In this document: positions 17,988 to 27,869 of the stretch, in pieces | How positions within the stretch are numbered: position 1 is the stretch's first letter | Layout: every line of letters begins with the position of its first letter | From: Candidatus Kapaibacterium sp. | GTDB lineage: Bacteria > Bacteroidota > Ignavibacteria > Kapaibacteriales > UBA2268 | Direction: 5' to 3' | Length of the DNA stretch: 64,000 nucleotides | Assembly (NCBI GenBank): GCA_013414795.1 | Contig: CP058732.1 | Coordinates: forward strand, 1,097,744-1,161,743 | The notes under the pieces: model-generated | What the model saw: the letters and a program-made list of their open reading frames with translations, nothing else | The model's database searches: none | What the model was told of the DNA's origin: nothing | Position numbers and translations under genes: made by a program

Positions 17988-20900
17988 AAAAAGTTCTAAC
18001 AAAAGAGCAAATCGAGGCATTAAATCTCGATTTGCATATTGCATTAAATGCTAACGCTGGCTCTGGGAAGACAAGTGTTCTCGTCGAACGATATTTTAAA
18101 ATACTTGAAAAAGGGTTGAAAGAAGACCAAAGTCTTACACCAGATAATATTGTGGCTATTACTTTTACCAAGAAAGCCGCAGCGGAAATGCTTTCACGAG
18201 TCGTTTCAAAATTTTCCGATAATTTCAATCTCGAAAAAATTAAGGAAAAGTCGGGAAAACTCGACCTTTCCCTCATTGAAAGATTGCGACTTTTTAGAAA
18301 CAAACTAACAAACGCAAGAATATCGACTATTCATAGTTTTTGTTTGCAAATCATTTCAAATTATCCAATCGAGTCTGGTATTCCTGTTAATTTTCGTGAA
18401 ATTTCGGAATCTGAACGATTGCAGTTGCTCGAAAATGCTTTTAACCAAACATTAATGAATTGGTTGGATGATACTGAAAAAAAGAAACATTTAAGCGATA
18501 TCCTTTCAATCATTTCCTTTAATGATTTGAAAGAAGTTACATATAAGGCTATTTCTAATATTGACTTGTGGGAGTATTTGAACGAACTTTATTCCAAAAG
18601 TTTTGATGAATATTTCGATTTGCTTCAAAGGTATGTCCGTAAAACTTATCAAAATTGTCTTAACCAGTTTTGTGTCCAAATTTCAATTACATTTCAAGAC
18701 GACGACAATTTGCAATTGTCATCTGATAAAGTAAAAATTCTTAAAGATTTTCTGAACGAAAGCCAACGCTTCAAGAGTGACAGTTATAGAGAATTACTCT
18801 TCGACAATGAGTTTTGGGAATTGCTGGGAAATTTTATTGGAACTGTTTATACCCAGAATTTTACTCCAAGAAAGAAAGAATTTAAAGACCAAGATATATA
18901 TCAGCAGTTGCAAGATATTTCTCAACGGTACAAAGGCATTTTGAAGTTCTTGCTTGAGATAATTGAATATCACTCATTGAGGGTATCAATGCCCAAAATT
19001 AGTGGAGAAGAGTTTGACATCGAGCGACGATATTACGAAACCTCGAAAACAATTTTCTCTTTTATCAAAGATGTCAACTCTCTTTTCGCAAAATTGAAGT
19101 ATGACGAAGGCTTTGTTGACTTCTCCGATATGCTTGTAAAAACAAGAGATTTGTTCAAAAATTTCCCAGATATTTTAAACGAAGTCCGCAAGGAAATCAA
19201 ATTTCTTTTGGTTGATGAATTTCAAGACACAGACCAAATTCAGTTCGAAATTGTTAAAATGCTTGTTCCCTCTTTTGCTTCCAAAGAAACTTCGATTCCT
19301 AATTTGTTTATTGTTGGAGACGAAAAACAGAGCATTTATTCCTTTCGTAATGCTGATGTACGTGTTTTCAAGAAAGCGAAAGAATACATAACGGAATTAA
19401 ATTATGACTCTGGTTACGATGTTGGCTTGTTGAAGTTAACCACTACATTTCGATTGAGACCAGAAATTGCTGGTTTTGTGGATAAGGTGTTTACAAATTT
19501 GATGGATTATGACATAGCAGACCCAGTCTCGGATTTTAATATTAACTACGAGCCTTTTGTTATTCCAGAGGAAAAATTAAATTTGAATGAAGCCATTAGT
19601 TCATCCGTTGTCCCACCAATAACCTTTCTTTTTGAGATAGAGGGAGAAGAAGCAAACAAAAGGAAAAAAGGACTTTACAATCTCAAACACTCGTCTCTTG
19701 CAAATTCAACAAATGTGAATGAAGATGAAATTGTTGATGTTGGGGGAGTTGATGAAGTAGAAACTTCGACCTTGCCAATTCTTATTGCCAAGCATATAAG
19801 GTATATAGTTAATAATGAGGATGCGAAGATATTTGACAAAGAGAAAGATTGTTACAGAACGGTTCGTTATTCCGATATTGCATTGATAAGCAGAAAAACC
19901 AAAGACCTTGCACAGATTGCTTCAGTGTTTTCAGACTTTGGAATTCCTTTCCTATTCTTCGGTAGTAAGAATTTCTTTTCAACAAGAGAAGTTCGGGATA
20001 TTATTGCATTCTTGAAGTTTTTGGTAAATCCAAAGGATGATGTTTCGCTTGCGGGAGTTCTTCGTTCAGTGTTTTTTGCTTTTACAGACGAATTGTTAAC
20101 GAATATTGCTACTGTCACTAACGAGAAAAATGTTACTTTCTGGGAAAAGTTGCATCTTTTTAAAAAGTATCTTGAAGAAAGAGTAAACTCGGGTGCAACT
20201 GATGAATTTAGGGAACAACTAACGAGGGTGAATTTTGCCATCGAAGTTATGGAAAGACTTCTTCAACAAGTTTCGATTTTGCCCATAAATGAGATAATCC
20301 ACAGAATTCTTGTCGAAACTGAATGGCATAAGAAAGTACGTGTTTTTCAAAATGCAGAACAGATGCTGGCAAATATAGACGAACTACTCGATTATGCAAG
20401 AGATTACATTAATATTGGTTTTCGAACTATTTTGGATTTTCTCGACGATATAGACTATATCTCTCGACAAGGAATTCCCGATGTCGACCGTTTCGGGTTT
20501 GTAGCCAGCGATGCTGTTACCCTCTTGACTTTCCACTCTGCGAAGGGTTTGGAATTTCCAGTTGTTTATGTTCACAATATTGATTATGCAACCCGAGGAG
20601 CGGATAATGTACAAATTTCACGGGAATTGGGGTTGGTTTTCCCAATTGAGATACTTCTCGATGATGAGGTTATTAAGTTTAGAACTTTGCAGAATTTGTT
20701 TGTTTCTAAACAATTACAAATGGAAGAGGAGGCAGAAGAGTTAAGAATACTCTACGTGGCTTTAACCCGTGCTTCGGATTATTTGATAATCACTGGAAAA
20801 TTAAGCGAACAGAAAACTAAGGCTGACAAAAATTCAGAAAATGTTTGCAAACCAAGACAAAAATTGAAGGACATTTTTGATGTTCTGGAAATTTCAATTC

Positions 20901-21880
20901 CATTTCCGAAGCATAATTATGGAATTCAAATAAAATCGAAAATTAATGTTTCATCTTATGACGAAAATAAGGGCTATAAAGATTATTCTATCGACATTGA
21001 AATACCAATTAAGTTCATTTTTGACTTGTACCCTGATGAACTAATTGATAATGCCGAGAAGCAGTTAGTTGAACAAATCCAAGAGATACCAAAATTGCAA
21101 CTGTTGGACAAGATTGAATCTTCAATTTCGAAAAATATTTTTTCATCAACAAAATTCAATATTTTTGCAACCGACACTGGGAATTATGTCAGAAGTTATT
21201 TTCTTGGAATTCATAGGAATTTAGTCGAATTAATGAAATCAAGTTTCGATGATGATTTCGAGGACAAGGACGACCTCATCTTGCCTTCTATTGTTGGGAA
21301 TACAATTCACTTTTGTCTTGAACGAATAAATGACTGGTACACCAGTGATGGTTTTCTTGTAGATAAACTTTACGAAACTATTGATACTGCACTTTATGAA
21401 CAAAAAAGGCAAATCCATCTTGACGTTCAAAGACAAATCGTCGAACAATGTTCAAATGTTATCCAGACTAAATTGTTCAAAAAATATGATGATTTAATAC
21501 TAACTGCCAAAAAAGAATTTGAACTCATATTTCCATTTGAGAACAATTACTTAATTGCGAAACTGGACATACTTTTCCAAAACGAGGATGGCAATTTTGA
21601 GATTTGGGATTGGAAATCGAACAATGTTCGTAATGTTGATGAAATAATTGTAGTAGCGGAATCTTATAAACTTCAAATGGAAACATATGCATTTGCTTTG
21701 TGGAATCTTTATCCTTCCCAAGATATTTTCAAGGCAAAGTTATTGTTTACTCGTTTGGCAAAACCAAATGCGAATGACGAAGAATGGACTTACGATTTTC
21801 GATGGACAAGGGATGATTTGTTCACAATTAAAAATAGACTAATAGATTACATTTCAAAAATAAACAACCTGGAATTTTAA
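17984..21880 (+). CDS. addA: AddA/RecB-like UvrD helicase with C-terminal PD-(D/E)XK nuclease
   Basis: ANAGSGKT, TFTKKAA, STIHSFC, VDEFQDT, VGDEKQSIYSFR, TFHSAKGLEF, YVALTRA; nuclease AKLD...DWKS...QMETY. Confidence 0.88.
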   Translation: MKKVLTKEQIEALNLDLHIALNANAGSGKTSVLVERYFKILEKGLKEDQSLTPDNIVAITFTKKAAAEMLSRVVSKFSDNFNLEKIKEKSGKLDLSLIERLRLFRNKLTNARISTIHSFCLQIISNYPIESGIPVNFREISESERLQLLENAFNQTLMNWLDDTEKKKHLSDILSIISFNDLKEVTYKAISNIDLWEYLNELYSKSFDEYFDLLQRYVRKTYQNCLNQFCVQISITFQDDDNLQLSSDKVKILKDFLNESQRFKSDSYRELLFDNEFWELLGNFIGTVYTQNFTPRKKEFKDQDIYQQLQDISQRYKGILKFLLEIIEYHSLRVSMPKISGEEFDIERRYYETSKTIFSFIKDVNSLFAKLKYDEGFVDFSDMLVKTRDLFKNFPDILNEVRKEIKFLLVDEFQDTDQIQFEIVKMLVPSFASKETSIPNLFIVGDEKQSIYSFRNADVRVFKKAKEYITELNYDSGYDVGLLKLTTTFRLRPEIAGFVDKVFTNLMDYDIADPVSDFNINYEPFVIPEEKLNLNEAISSSVVPPITFLFEIEGEEANKRKKGLYNLKHSSLANSTNVNEDEIVDVGGVDEVETSTLPILIAKHIRYIVNNEDAKIFDKEKDCYRTVRYSDIALISRKTKDLAQIASVFSDFGIPFLFFGSKNFFSTREVRDIIAFLKFLVNPKDDVSLAGVLRSVFFAFTDELLTNIATVTNEKNVTFWEKLHLFKKYLEERVNSGATDEFREQLTRVNFAIEVMERLLQQVSILPINEIIHRILVETEWHKKVRVFQNAEQMLANIDELLDYARDYINIGFRTILDFLDDIDYISRQGIPDVDRFGFVASDAVTLLTFHSAKGLEFPVVYVHNIDYATRGADNVQISRELGLVFPIEILLDDEVIKFRTLQNLFVSKQLQMEEEAEELRILYVALTRASDYLIITGKLSEQKTKADKNSENVCKPRQKLKDIFDVLEISIPFPKHNYGIQIKSKINVSSYDENKGYKDYSIDIEIPIKFIFDLYPDELIDNAEKQLVEQIQEIPKLQLLDKIESSISKNIFSSTKFNIFATDTGNYVRSYFLGIHRNLVELMKSSFDDDFEDKDDLILPSIVGNTIHFCLERINDWYTSDGFLVDKLYETIDTALYEQKRQIHLDVQRQIVEQCSNVIQTKLFKKYDDLILTAKKEFELIFPFENNYLIAKLDILFQNEDGNFEIWDWKSNNVRNVDEIIVVAESYKLQMETYAFALWNLYPSQDIFKAKLLFTRLAKPNANDEEWTYDFRWTRDDLFTIKNRLIDYISKINNLEF

Positions 21881-21933
21881 TCTTTGAAATTTTTGTTAAT
21901 TTTATTGATTTGTTGATTTAAAAATGCTTGATT

Positions 21934-22986
21934 ATGTTTAGAAAAGTTGATAAAACCAGACCACCATTTTGCAAAATTTCTGCCATTGGTCATTCAGAAC
22001 CAAGCGACTCTGAACTTTTTCAAGTGCTATCGCAAGAAGAATTCATACTTATGCTTCCCGACGAAGTTCGGAAAGAAATTCTAAAGGGCGGTGAACTACA
22101 ATTGAGCGAAGTTGTTTCTTCGTGGAACGAAATGATAACCGAAAGGCGAACTTTCTTCAAAGGTGAGGTTTGGGAACTTGGTAACTATTCGGTTAAAAGA
22201 ATGCTCGAAACTTCTAAATCCAAAGGGCTGGAGATTTCGCTTGATGATGTAGATGCAATAATTGGTGCAACCAATACTGGACCAATTTACCCAAGTTTGG
22301 CTGACCATATGAAGAATGAAATTGGGGTTAGGAACAACGCAATGTGTTTTGATGTAACCGAAGCCTGTACAAGCGGAAGTGTTGCAATGTTAAATGCATA
22401 TTCTTTGATTAAAAGCGGTGTTTGCGAAAAAATTCTTGTAGTTTGTTCGGAAAAAGCAACTACACTAACAGATATTAACGATTGGAAAAGTAGCAATCTT
22501 TTTGGAGACGCAAGTTTTTCAGTTCTTTTGGAAAAAAGCGAAAATCCCGAAGACGAATCATTTGAATTTTTCAACTTTAATTCCTATCCATTCGATGGTA
22601 ACATAAAATATATTCGTCGTGCAGAAAAGGGTTTTGTCCAAGATGGACGCAAGGTCCACCTTTTCGTCGTTAAAACTGTTGTCGAAGAAGTGGCTCGGTC
22701 TTTGCAACTTGCCGAAATTTCGCCAGACGTAATTAAGCATTTTGTTTTCCACCAACCAAGTTTGAAAACAACATCTTCTTTGGAAACTTATCTACGCCTG
22801 AACATTGAAGGTCTTGGCGGGCAATTTCATTACAGTTCCGATGTGGGAAATGCTTCGAGTGCAAGTTTCGGCAATTTGTTATCCAAACTTTACCACAATG
22901 GCACAATTAAAAATGGTGAATTTGTTTTGACTTGTACCTTTGGTGCTGGTTTAAGCATTGGTATTATCGGTTTGCGATTCAATTGA
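21934..22986 (+). CDS. Divergent 3-oxoacyl-ACP synthase III (FabH-like thiolase fold)
   Basis: Cys-His-Asn triad: EACTSG, FHQPS, GNASSAS; LFGDA and FGAGLS. Track start is TTG 21928. Confidence 0.85.
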   Translation: MFRKVDKTRPPFCKISAIGHSEPSDSELFQVLSQEEFILMLPDEVRKEILKGGELQLSEVVSSWNEMITERRTFFKGEVWELGNYSVKRMLETSKSKGLEISLDDVDAIIGATNTGPIYPSLADHMKNEIGVRNNAMCFDVTEACTSGSVAMLNAYSLIKSGVCEKILVVCSEKATTLTDINDWKSSNLFGDASFSVLLEKSENPEDESFEFFNFNSYPFDGNIKYIRRAEKGFVQDGRKVHLFVVKTVVEEVARSLQLAEISPDVIKHFVFHQPSLKTTSSLETYLRLNIEGLGGQFHYSSDVGNASSASFGNLLSKLYHNGTIKNGEFVLTCTFGAGLSIGIIGLRFN

Positions 22987-23082
22987 TTTTCTAATTGCTT
23001 TGGCAAAACCAATTGAATAATTATTACTTGACTTGCTTGGAAGAAAATTAATTTACATTTCTAATGAGTAAAAATAAACCAG

Positions 23083-24723
23083 TTAAGTTTTTTTAAGAAA
23101 TTCTTGGTTTATTTCGATAATTGTTAAGTCGTTCTTGTGTTGATTTATCCAATTAAGCACTAATCGAATCTCTTCTATATCTTCGTTTTCATATTCATTT
23201 TTGTAAAGATAACCATTGAAATAAATATCGTAGATTTTACTTTTAATTTTGTTTATGTTAAAAGAGCCATTTATTGAAGTATCCCAAGCAAGCCGTCCAT
23301 TTTTGATGAAAAGTATTTCGTAGGCATTTTTCCCATTGTTCCTTGGGTTTATTGCAATGAAGTTTTTCTGGTCAAGCATTGGTATTCCTTTTTTGGGATT
23401 TTCCAACACTTTTCTTATTTCGCTTAAATGATTTTTAATTTCATTTGCCAATTCAAACTGGAAATTATCTACGTAATCAAACATCTTCCCTTCAAGGAAA
23501 GAAATAATTCCACCATCAACATCGGTGAGAAACTTTTTTACCTTTTCGATTTCATCATTGTATTCCCTTTCGTTAAAATTCACAAGGCAGGGAGCAAGGC
23601 ATTGCTTTGTTTGAAAATATAGGCAAGATGTTTCTGGACTCTTTCTGTCAAGTTCCTTTTCGCACTTCTTTAGTTTAAACTTTTTGTAAATAATCTCAAT
23701 AATTAATTCAGCGGTTTCAAAACTTTTGAAAGGACCGAAGCATTCGCCGACTTCTGGATTTGGATTGTAAGTTATTTGAAAAACTGGATACTTTTTTTCG
23801 TATGGAATTTGAATGAAAGGATAGTGGCGATAACGCTTGCTTAAAATGTTAAATTCTGGTTTATGCGATTTGATTTCTTTACTTTCCTCAATCAAAGCAC
23901 GAAGTTCTGTCTTGGTAGTTTTCCATTTGATTTTTTTGGTCGAGCGAAGAAGCCGTAGAATTTTGCGAGAAGTGGTTACAGTGAAGTAACTTTGCAATCT
24001 TTTCTTAAGTGATTTTGCTTTTCCAATATAAAGAATTTTGTTGTTCTTGTCGAGAAAATAATAAATTCCAGGTTCGTCGGGAATCTGTTCAGTGGTAAGC
24101 AATTGCGTGTTCAACAGTTTTTGTGCAATGTTGAATGAGTAGAGAGACTTGTTTTGAAATTGCAACAGTTCATCGATTGTGGTAACATTATGTTCCGATT
24201 CGGCTATTTCGAGCAACTCGATAAGGATTTGTGCTGTTGCACGAGCGTCCCCAAATGCACGGTGTCGGTTTTTAATCGTAATGCCAAGATATTCGGACAA
24301 CGAGCCAACATTTTTCTTGTTGGTTCCATTGATTAATCTTCGAGCAAGTTTTAAAGTGCACAGTTTTGGAATTTCTGGAAATGGTTCACCAACGCTTTCG
24401 AATGATTTTTTAACAAAATTGTAGTCGAAATTAACATTGTGTGCAACAAAGACAACGTTTTTTTCGGTGAAGATTTTTTTCAACTTTCCAACAATTTCAT
24501 AAAAATCTGGTGCATTGAAAACCATTTCGTTCGTTATCCCAGTCATCTGCGAAATGAAGTAGGGAATGTGTTGGTGTGGATTGACAAGGGATGTAAACTC
24601 ATCGACAATAGTGCCATCTTTTATGATTATGCAAGCAATTTCAATTATTCTACCATTGTCGGGACTAGTACCTGTAGTCTCTACGTCTACAACAACGTAA
24701 TTTGTATCCCAGATGGAAATCAT
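23083..24723 (-). CDS. DEDDh (DnaQ-like) exonuclease fused to a UvrC/Cho-type GIY-YIG endonuclease with UVR domain
   Basis: VDVETTG, HNVNFD, HRAFGDA; PGIYYF...YIGKAKSL..RL.SYF; C...CLYFQTKQCLAPC; FELA. Confidence 0.9.
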   Translation of the reverse strand: MISIWDTNYVVVDVETTGTSPDNGRIIEIACIIIKDGTIVDEFTSLVNPHQHIPYFISQMTGITNEMVFNAPDFYEIVGKLKKIFTEKNVVFVAHNVNFDYNFVKKSFESVGEPFPEIPKLCTLKLARRLINGTNKKNVGSLSEYLGITIKNRHRAFGDARATAQILIELLEIAESEHNVTTIDELLQFQNKSLYSFNIAQKLLNTQLLTTEQIPDEPGIYYFLDKNNKILYIGKAKSLKKRLQSYFTVTTSRKILRLLRSTKKIKWKTTKTELRALIEESKEIKSHKPEFNILSKRYRHYPFIQIPYEKKYPVFQITYNPNPEVGECFGPFKSFETAELIIEIIYKKFKLKKCEKELDRKSPETSCLYFQTKQCLAPCLVNFNEREYNDEIEKVKKFLTDVDGGIISFLEGKMFDYVDNFQFELANEIKNHLSEIRKVLENPKKGIPMLDQKNFIAINPRNNGKNAYEILFIKNGRLAWDTSINGSFNINKIKSKIYDIYFNGYLYKNEYENEDIEEIRLVLNWINQHKNDLTIIEINQEFLKKT

Positions 24724-24736
24724 TTTTTAAAAAAAG

Positions 24737-24744
24737 CAAAATTA
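24737..24744 (-). promoter_or_regulatory. -7 promoter element (TAATTTTG), implying a very short leader for the exonuclease gene
   Basis: caaaatta on + strand, 13 nt from ATG 24723, with no SD in between. Confidence 0.5.
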
Positions 24745-24760
24745 TGAAATAATTCGGAAA

Positions 24761-25753
24761 TTAATTGTTTTCTGCAACTCGTTGGTGAGGTGTGGGTAAT
24801 GATTCGAATGTAAATTCCAGCGGATTTGGCTGGACAATTTCAATATTAAATCCATTAGCAATATGTTTCTGTGCTTTTTTGGAATATCGAATGAGTAAGT
24901 CTTTTATGTACTCTAACGTTGGGGTTCCTTCGACGACAACTGCTATTGGGGCTGGAACAGACAGAGTAAAAACTGGAAGTTGGTTTCTAACCAAATTAAA
25001 AAGTTTTACGTTTTCTTTGTGATTTCGTCCTAAAACAATCCAACTATCGTTGGTAAAGAAGTGCCTTCCTTGCACCGAGAGTTTTGCTGTCAAAGGGTTT
25101 AGAGTCCGCTTCTCTTTTAGAATTTTTAGCATTCTTCGTCCAATTTCTGGGTCAGTCAACAAACAACCACCAGCGGGAGTGGGGAAATTTTTAATATTAA
25201 ATTTTTTTGCTAATTGAAATTGCATCTGTCGATTTCTTCCAGAAATACCGTAAAGTTTCTCTCTATCTATCCAGCCAAGTCTTTCGGGAAGTGATGGGGG
25301 AAGCAATTTGGCACTAAGTGGTCTTACAAGTAAATCGTCTGCACCCGACTCGTCTTTAATCACTTCCATTGCCCATTTGTTTTGACTTTTCGGTCTTTGT
25401 CCGAGGACCTCTCCTGTAACAATAAAATCCGCTTGCAATTCATTCAGAAGTTTTTTTGTTTTCGAAATCATAAATGTTTTACAAGCAACGCAAGGATTTG
25501 CAAGGCAACCAAAACCGTACCGTGGCTTTTTTAAAATTGAAAGATATTCTTCTGTGATGTCGATTAGATATGACTCTTGGAAACCCAAACTTTTGCAATA
25601 TTCATAATATTTTTGTGGATTATTATGGTACTCCCAGTTAAAGAATGGTGTTATATATGTAATCGGAACAACTTGAATGCCTTGGCTTTCAATGATTTTG
25701 CCTGCTAAAAGACTATCCAATCCCTTCGAGAAAAGAAGTAGTGCCCTTTTCAT
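24761..25753 (-). CDS. ThiI/MnmA-related PP-loop tRNA thiouridylase-like protein
   Basis: SKGLDS, NPCVACK, TGEVLGQRPKSQ, RPLSAKLL, GRNR, PAGGCLLTDP, GRHF. Confidence 0.8.
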   Translation of the reverse strand: MKRALLLFSKGLDSLLAGKIIESQGIQVVPITYITPFFNWEYHNNPQKYYEYCKSLGFQESYLIDITEEYLSILKKPRYGFGCLANPCVACKTFMISKTKKLLNELQADFIVTGEVLGQRPKSQNKWAMEVIKDESGADDLLVRPLSAKLLPPSLPERLGWIDREKLYGISGRNRQMQFQLAKKFNIKNFPTPAGGCLLTDPEIGRRMLKILKEKRTLNPLTAKLSVQGRHFFTNDSWIVLGRNHKENVKLFNLVRNQLPVFTLSVPAPIAVVVEGTPTLEYIKDLLIRYSKKAQKHIANGFNIEIVQPNPLEFTFESLPTPHQRVAENN

Positions 25754-25772
25754 TTGTTCCGTTAACTTCTTA

Positions 25773-26939
25773 TCAACTAAAAACGTCTCTCACTTTTGAA
25801 AAAAAGTCCTTATGTTTTGCATCAGAGTTTTTAGGTTTAATATTTTCGCTATTGAGGAGTTCTTTTAAAAGAGATTTTTCTTTACTCGAAAGATTAGTTG
25901 GAATGTAAACATTTACAACAACAATTTGGTCGCCTTTCCCGTATTGGTTTAGATGGGGTATTCCTTTCCCCGTAAGTTTTATTTTGGTTCCGGGTTGTGT
26001 GCCTGGTTCAATTTTTATTGTTTCCTTTCCATACAAAGTTGGAATTTCAACTTTGGCTCCCAGTGCTGCTTCTGGAAAACTTATTAATAGGTTATAATAA
26101 ATGTCGTCACGGTGGCGTTCGAAATATTCGTGTTTTTTCTCTTCAATTACAATGATTAAATCACCTGGTTCGCCGCCGCGTTTCCCAGCATTCCCCTTTC
26201 CTTGCAATGGAATATAGTTGCCGTGTTCAACTCCGGCTGGTATTTTGACTGTAATAGTATCTTCACCATTGACCCTTCCTTCACCATTGCAAGCGGTGCA
26301 TTTTTCAGCAACTACTTGTCCGCTTCCCCCACAAGTTGAACAAGTTGAAATGTTAATAAATTGCCCAAAGAAAGAACGCGAGACGTGGCGAATTTCCCCA
26401 CTACCATTGCAAGTTGGGCAAGTTTTGTATCCAGAGCCTCTTTTCGCACCCGTTCCACCGCATTCGGGACAAGTTATATATTTTTTTAGTTTAATTGTCT
26501 TTTCTGTCCCAGTGGCAATTTCTTCAAGTGTAAGTGGTAAACGAATTCTTAAATCGGACCCGCGTTCTCCAATTGAAACAGTTCTTCTTCGACTGCCTCG
26601 CGAACCAGTTCCAAAAAATTCATCGAAGATACTTCCACCAAAGCCTCCAAAAATATCGCTGAATGCAGAAAATATATCATCAACAGTTGTATAAGTATGG
26701 TAATCGTAACCACTTCGCAAGCCTTCGTGTCCAAATCGGTCATATCTTTCTCTTTTCTCTGGGTCGCTCAAAACTTCGTATGCTTCTGCCGCCTCTTTGA
26801 ATTTTTCCTCAGCTTCTTTGTCGCCCGGATTTCGGTCTGGATGGTATTTCATCGCAAGTTTTCGATAGGCAGATTTTATCTCTTCCAGTGAGGCTGTTCT
26901 TGGAACTCCAAGTATTTCGTAATAATCTCTTTTTGCCAT
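25773..26939 (-). CDS. dnaJ: Chaperone DnaJ
   Basis: J domain with HPD, G/F region, four CxxCxGxG repeats. Confidence 0.98.
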   Translation of the reverse strand: MAKRDYYEILGVPRTASLEEIKSAYRKLAMKYHPDRNPGDKEAEEKFKEAAEAYEVLSDPEKRERYDRFGHEGLRSGYDYHTYTTVDDIFSAFSDIFGGFGGSIFDEFFGTGSRGSRRRTVSIGERGSDLRIRLPLTLEEIATGTEKTIKLKKYITCPECGGTGAKRGSGYKTCPTCNGSGEIRHVSRSFFGQFINISTCSTCGGSGQVVAEKCTACNGEGRVNGEDTITVKIPAGVEHGNYIPLQGKGNAGKRGGEPGDLIIVIEEKKHEYFERHRDDIYYNLLISFPEAALGAKVEIPTLYGKETIKIEPGTQPGTKIKLTGKGIPHLNQYGKGDQIVVVNVYIPTNLSSKEKSLLKELLNSENIKPKNSDAKHKDFFSKVRDVFS

Positions 26940-26964
26940 CGCTTTTCCAACTAATTAAACAATT

Positions 26965-27702
26965 TTACTTACTTTCGCCATCTCCCCCAGTAGGTCCAGA
27001 AGATGTAATTACTTTTGTGTGTCGGAGAACTTTGTCGAAATATTTGTATCCTTTTTGCAACTCCTGAACAACATAGCCTTCGGGTAGTTCAGATGGCACT
27101 GTCATTAGTGCGTCGTGAAGTTCAACATCAAAAGGTTTTCCAACTGAATTTTCGATTTCAACAACGCCAGCCTGCTCGAATAGTTTTCTTGCTTTGTTCC
27201 AGATTAACTCCAAGCCCGTTAAGAGCGAATTAAAGTCGGAATTTTGTTTTGCGGCTTGGACAGCATTTCCTATGTCGTCTAATATTTCAAGAAAGGTAAA
27301 CAACAGTTTTTCGTTTCCATACTTTACCAAATCTTCTTTTTCCTTTTGAGTTCGTTTACGGAAGTTTTCGAACTCGGCAACTCTACGCAACAATTGTTCT
27401 TGAAGTTCCTTTTTTTCTTTTTCTAATTGCTCGATTGTAGTTTTTAGTATTTGTATTTCTTCTTGGAGTTGCTTGATTTCGCTTTGTTCTGGTTTATGCA
27501 ATTCTTGTTCAACTGCTTGTTTTTCTTCTTGGTTTAGAACTTTATCCCCTTTTTGAATTTCCTTGTCTTGAATTTCCTCTTCTTGGGATGAAATTGGGAT
27601 AGATTTACCACCTTCGTGTTTTAGGTAAGTATTGAAAATATCTTTTGCTTTATTGGTCGTTTGCCTTAAAGGCTTCTTAACATTACCATCTTCCATAGTC
27701 AT
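26965..27702 (-). CDS. grpE: Nucleotide exchange factor GrpE
   Basis: AEFENFRKR, FDVELHDA, QKGY...VLR; extended N-terminus; start may be ATG 27696. Confidence 0.95.
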   Translation of the reverse strand: MTMEDGNVKKPLRQTTNKAKDIFNTYLKHEGGKSIPISSQEEEIQDKEIQKGDKVLNQEEKQAVEQELHKPEQSEIKQLQEEIQILKTTIEQLEKEKKELQEQLLRRVAEFENFRKRTQKEKEDLVKYGNEKLLFTFLEILDDIGNAVQAAKQNSDFNSLLTGLELIWNKARKLFEQAGVVEIENSVGKPFDVELHDALMTVPSELPEGYVVQELQKGYKYFDKVLRHTKVITSSGPTGGDGESK

Positions 27703-27869
27703 TTCCTACTTAATTATTTATTGATAAACGAAAAAAAGATAATTTTGTTTTTTTGGAAAAATTTATAAGTTTTGTAAATATTGCTTTCAAAAAATTTTTA
27801 AAAAATTTATTAAAAATTTACTTTTTTTGGCAAATTTGCTTTTTTTTGTATAACTAATAAGGAATTTTT

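Noticed and set aside
26218..26694. 158-aa antisense ORF in dnaJ, and similar ones in ppk2, ftsA, the MFS genes and the aminopeptidase
   Set aside because: Shadow ORFs of well-supported genes on the opposite strand
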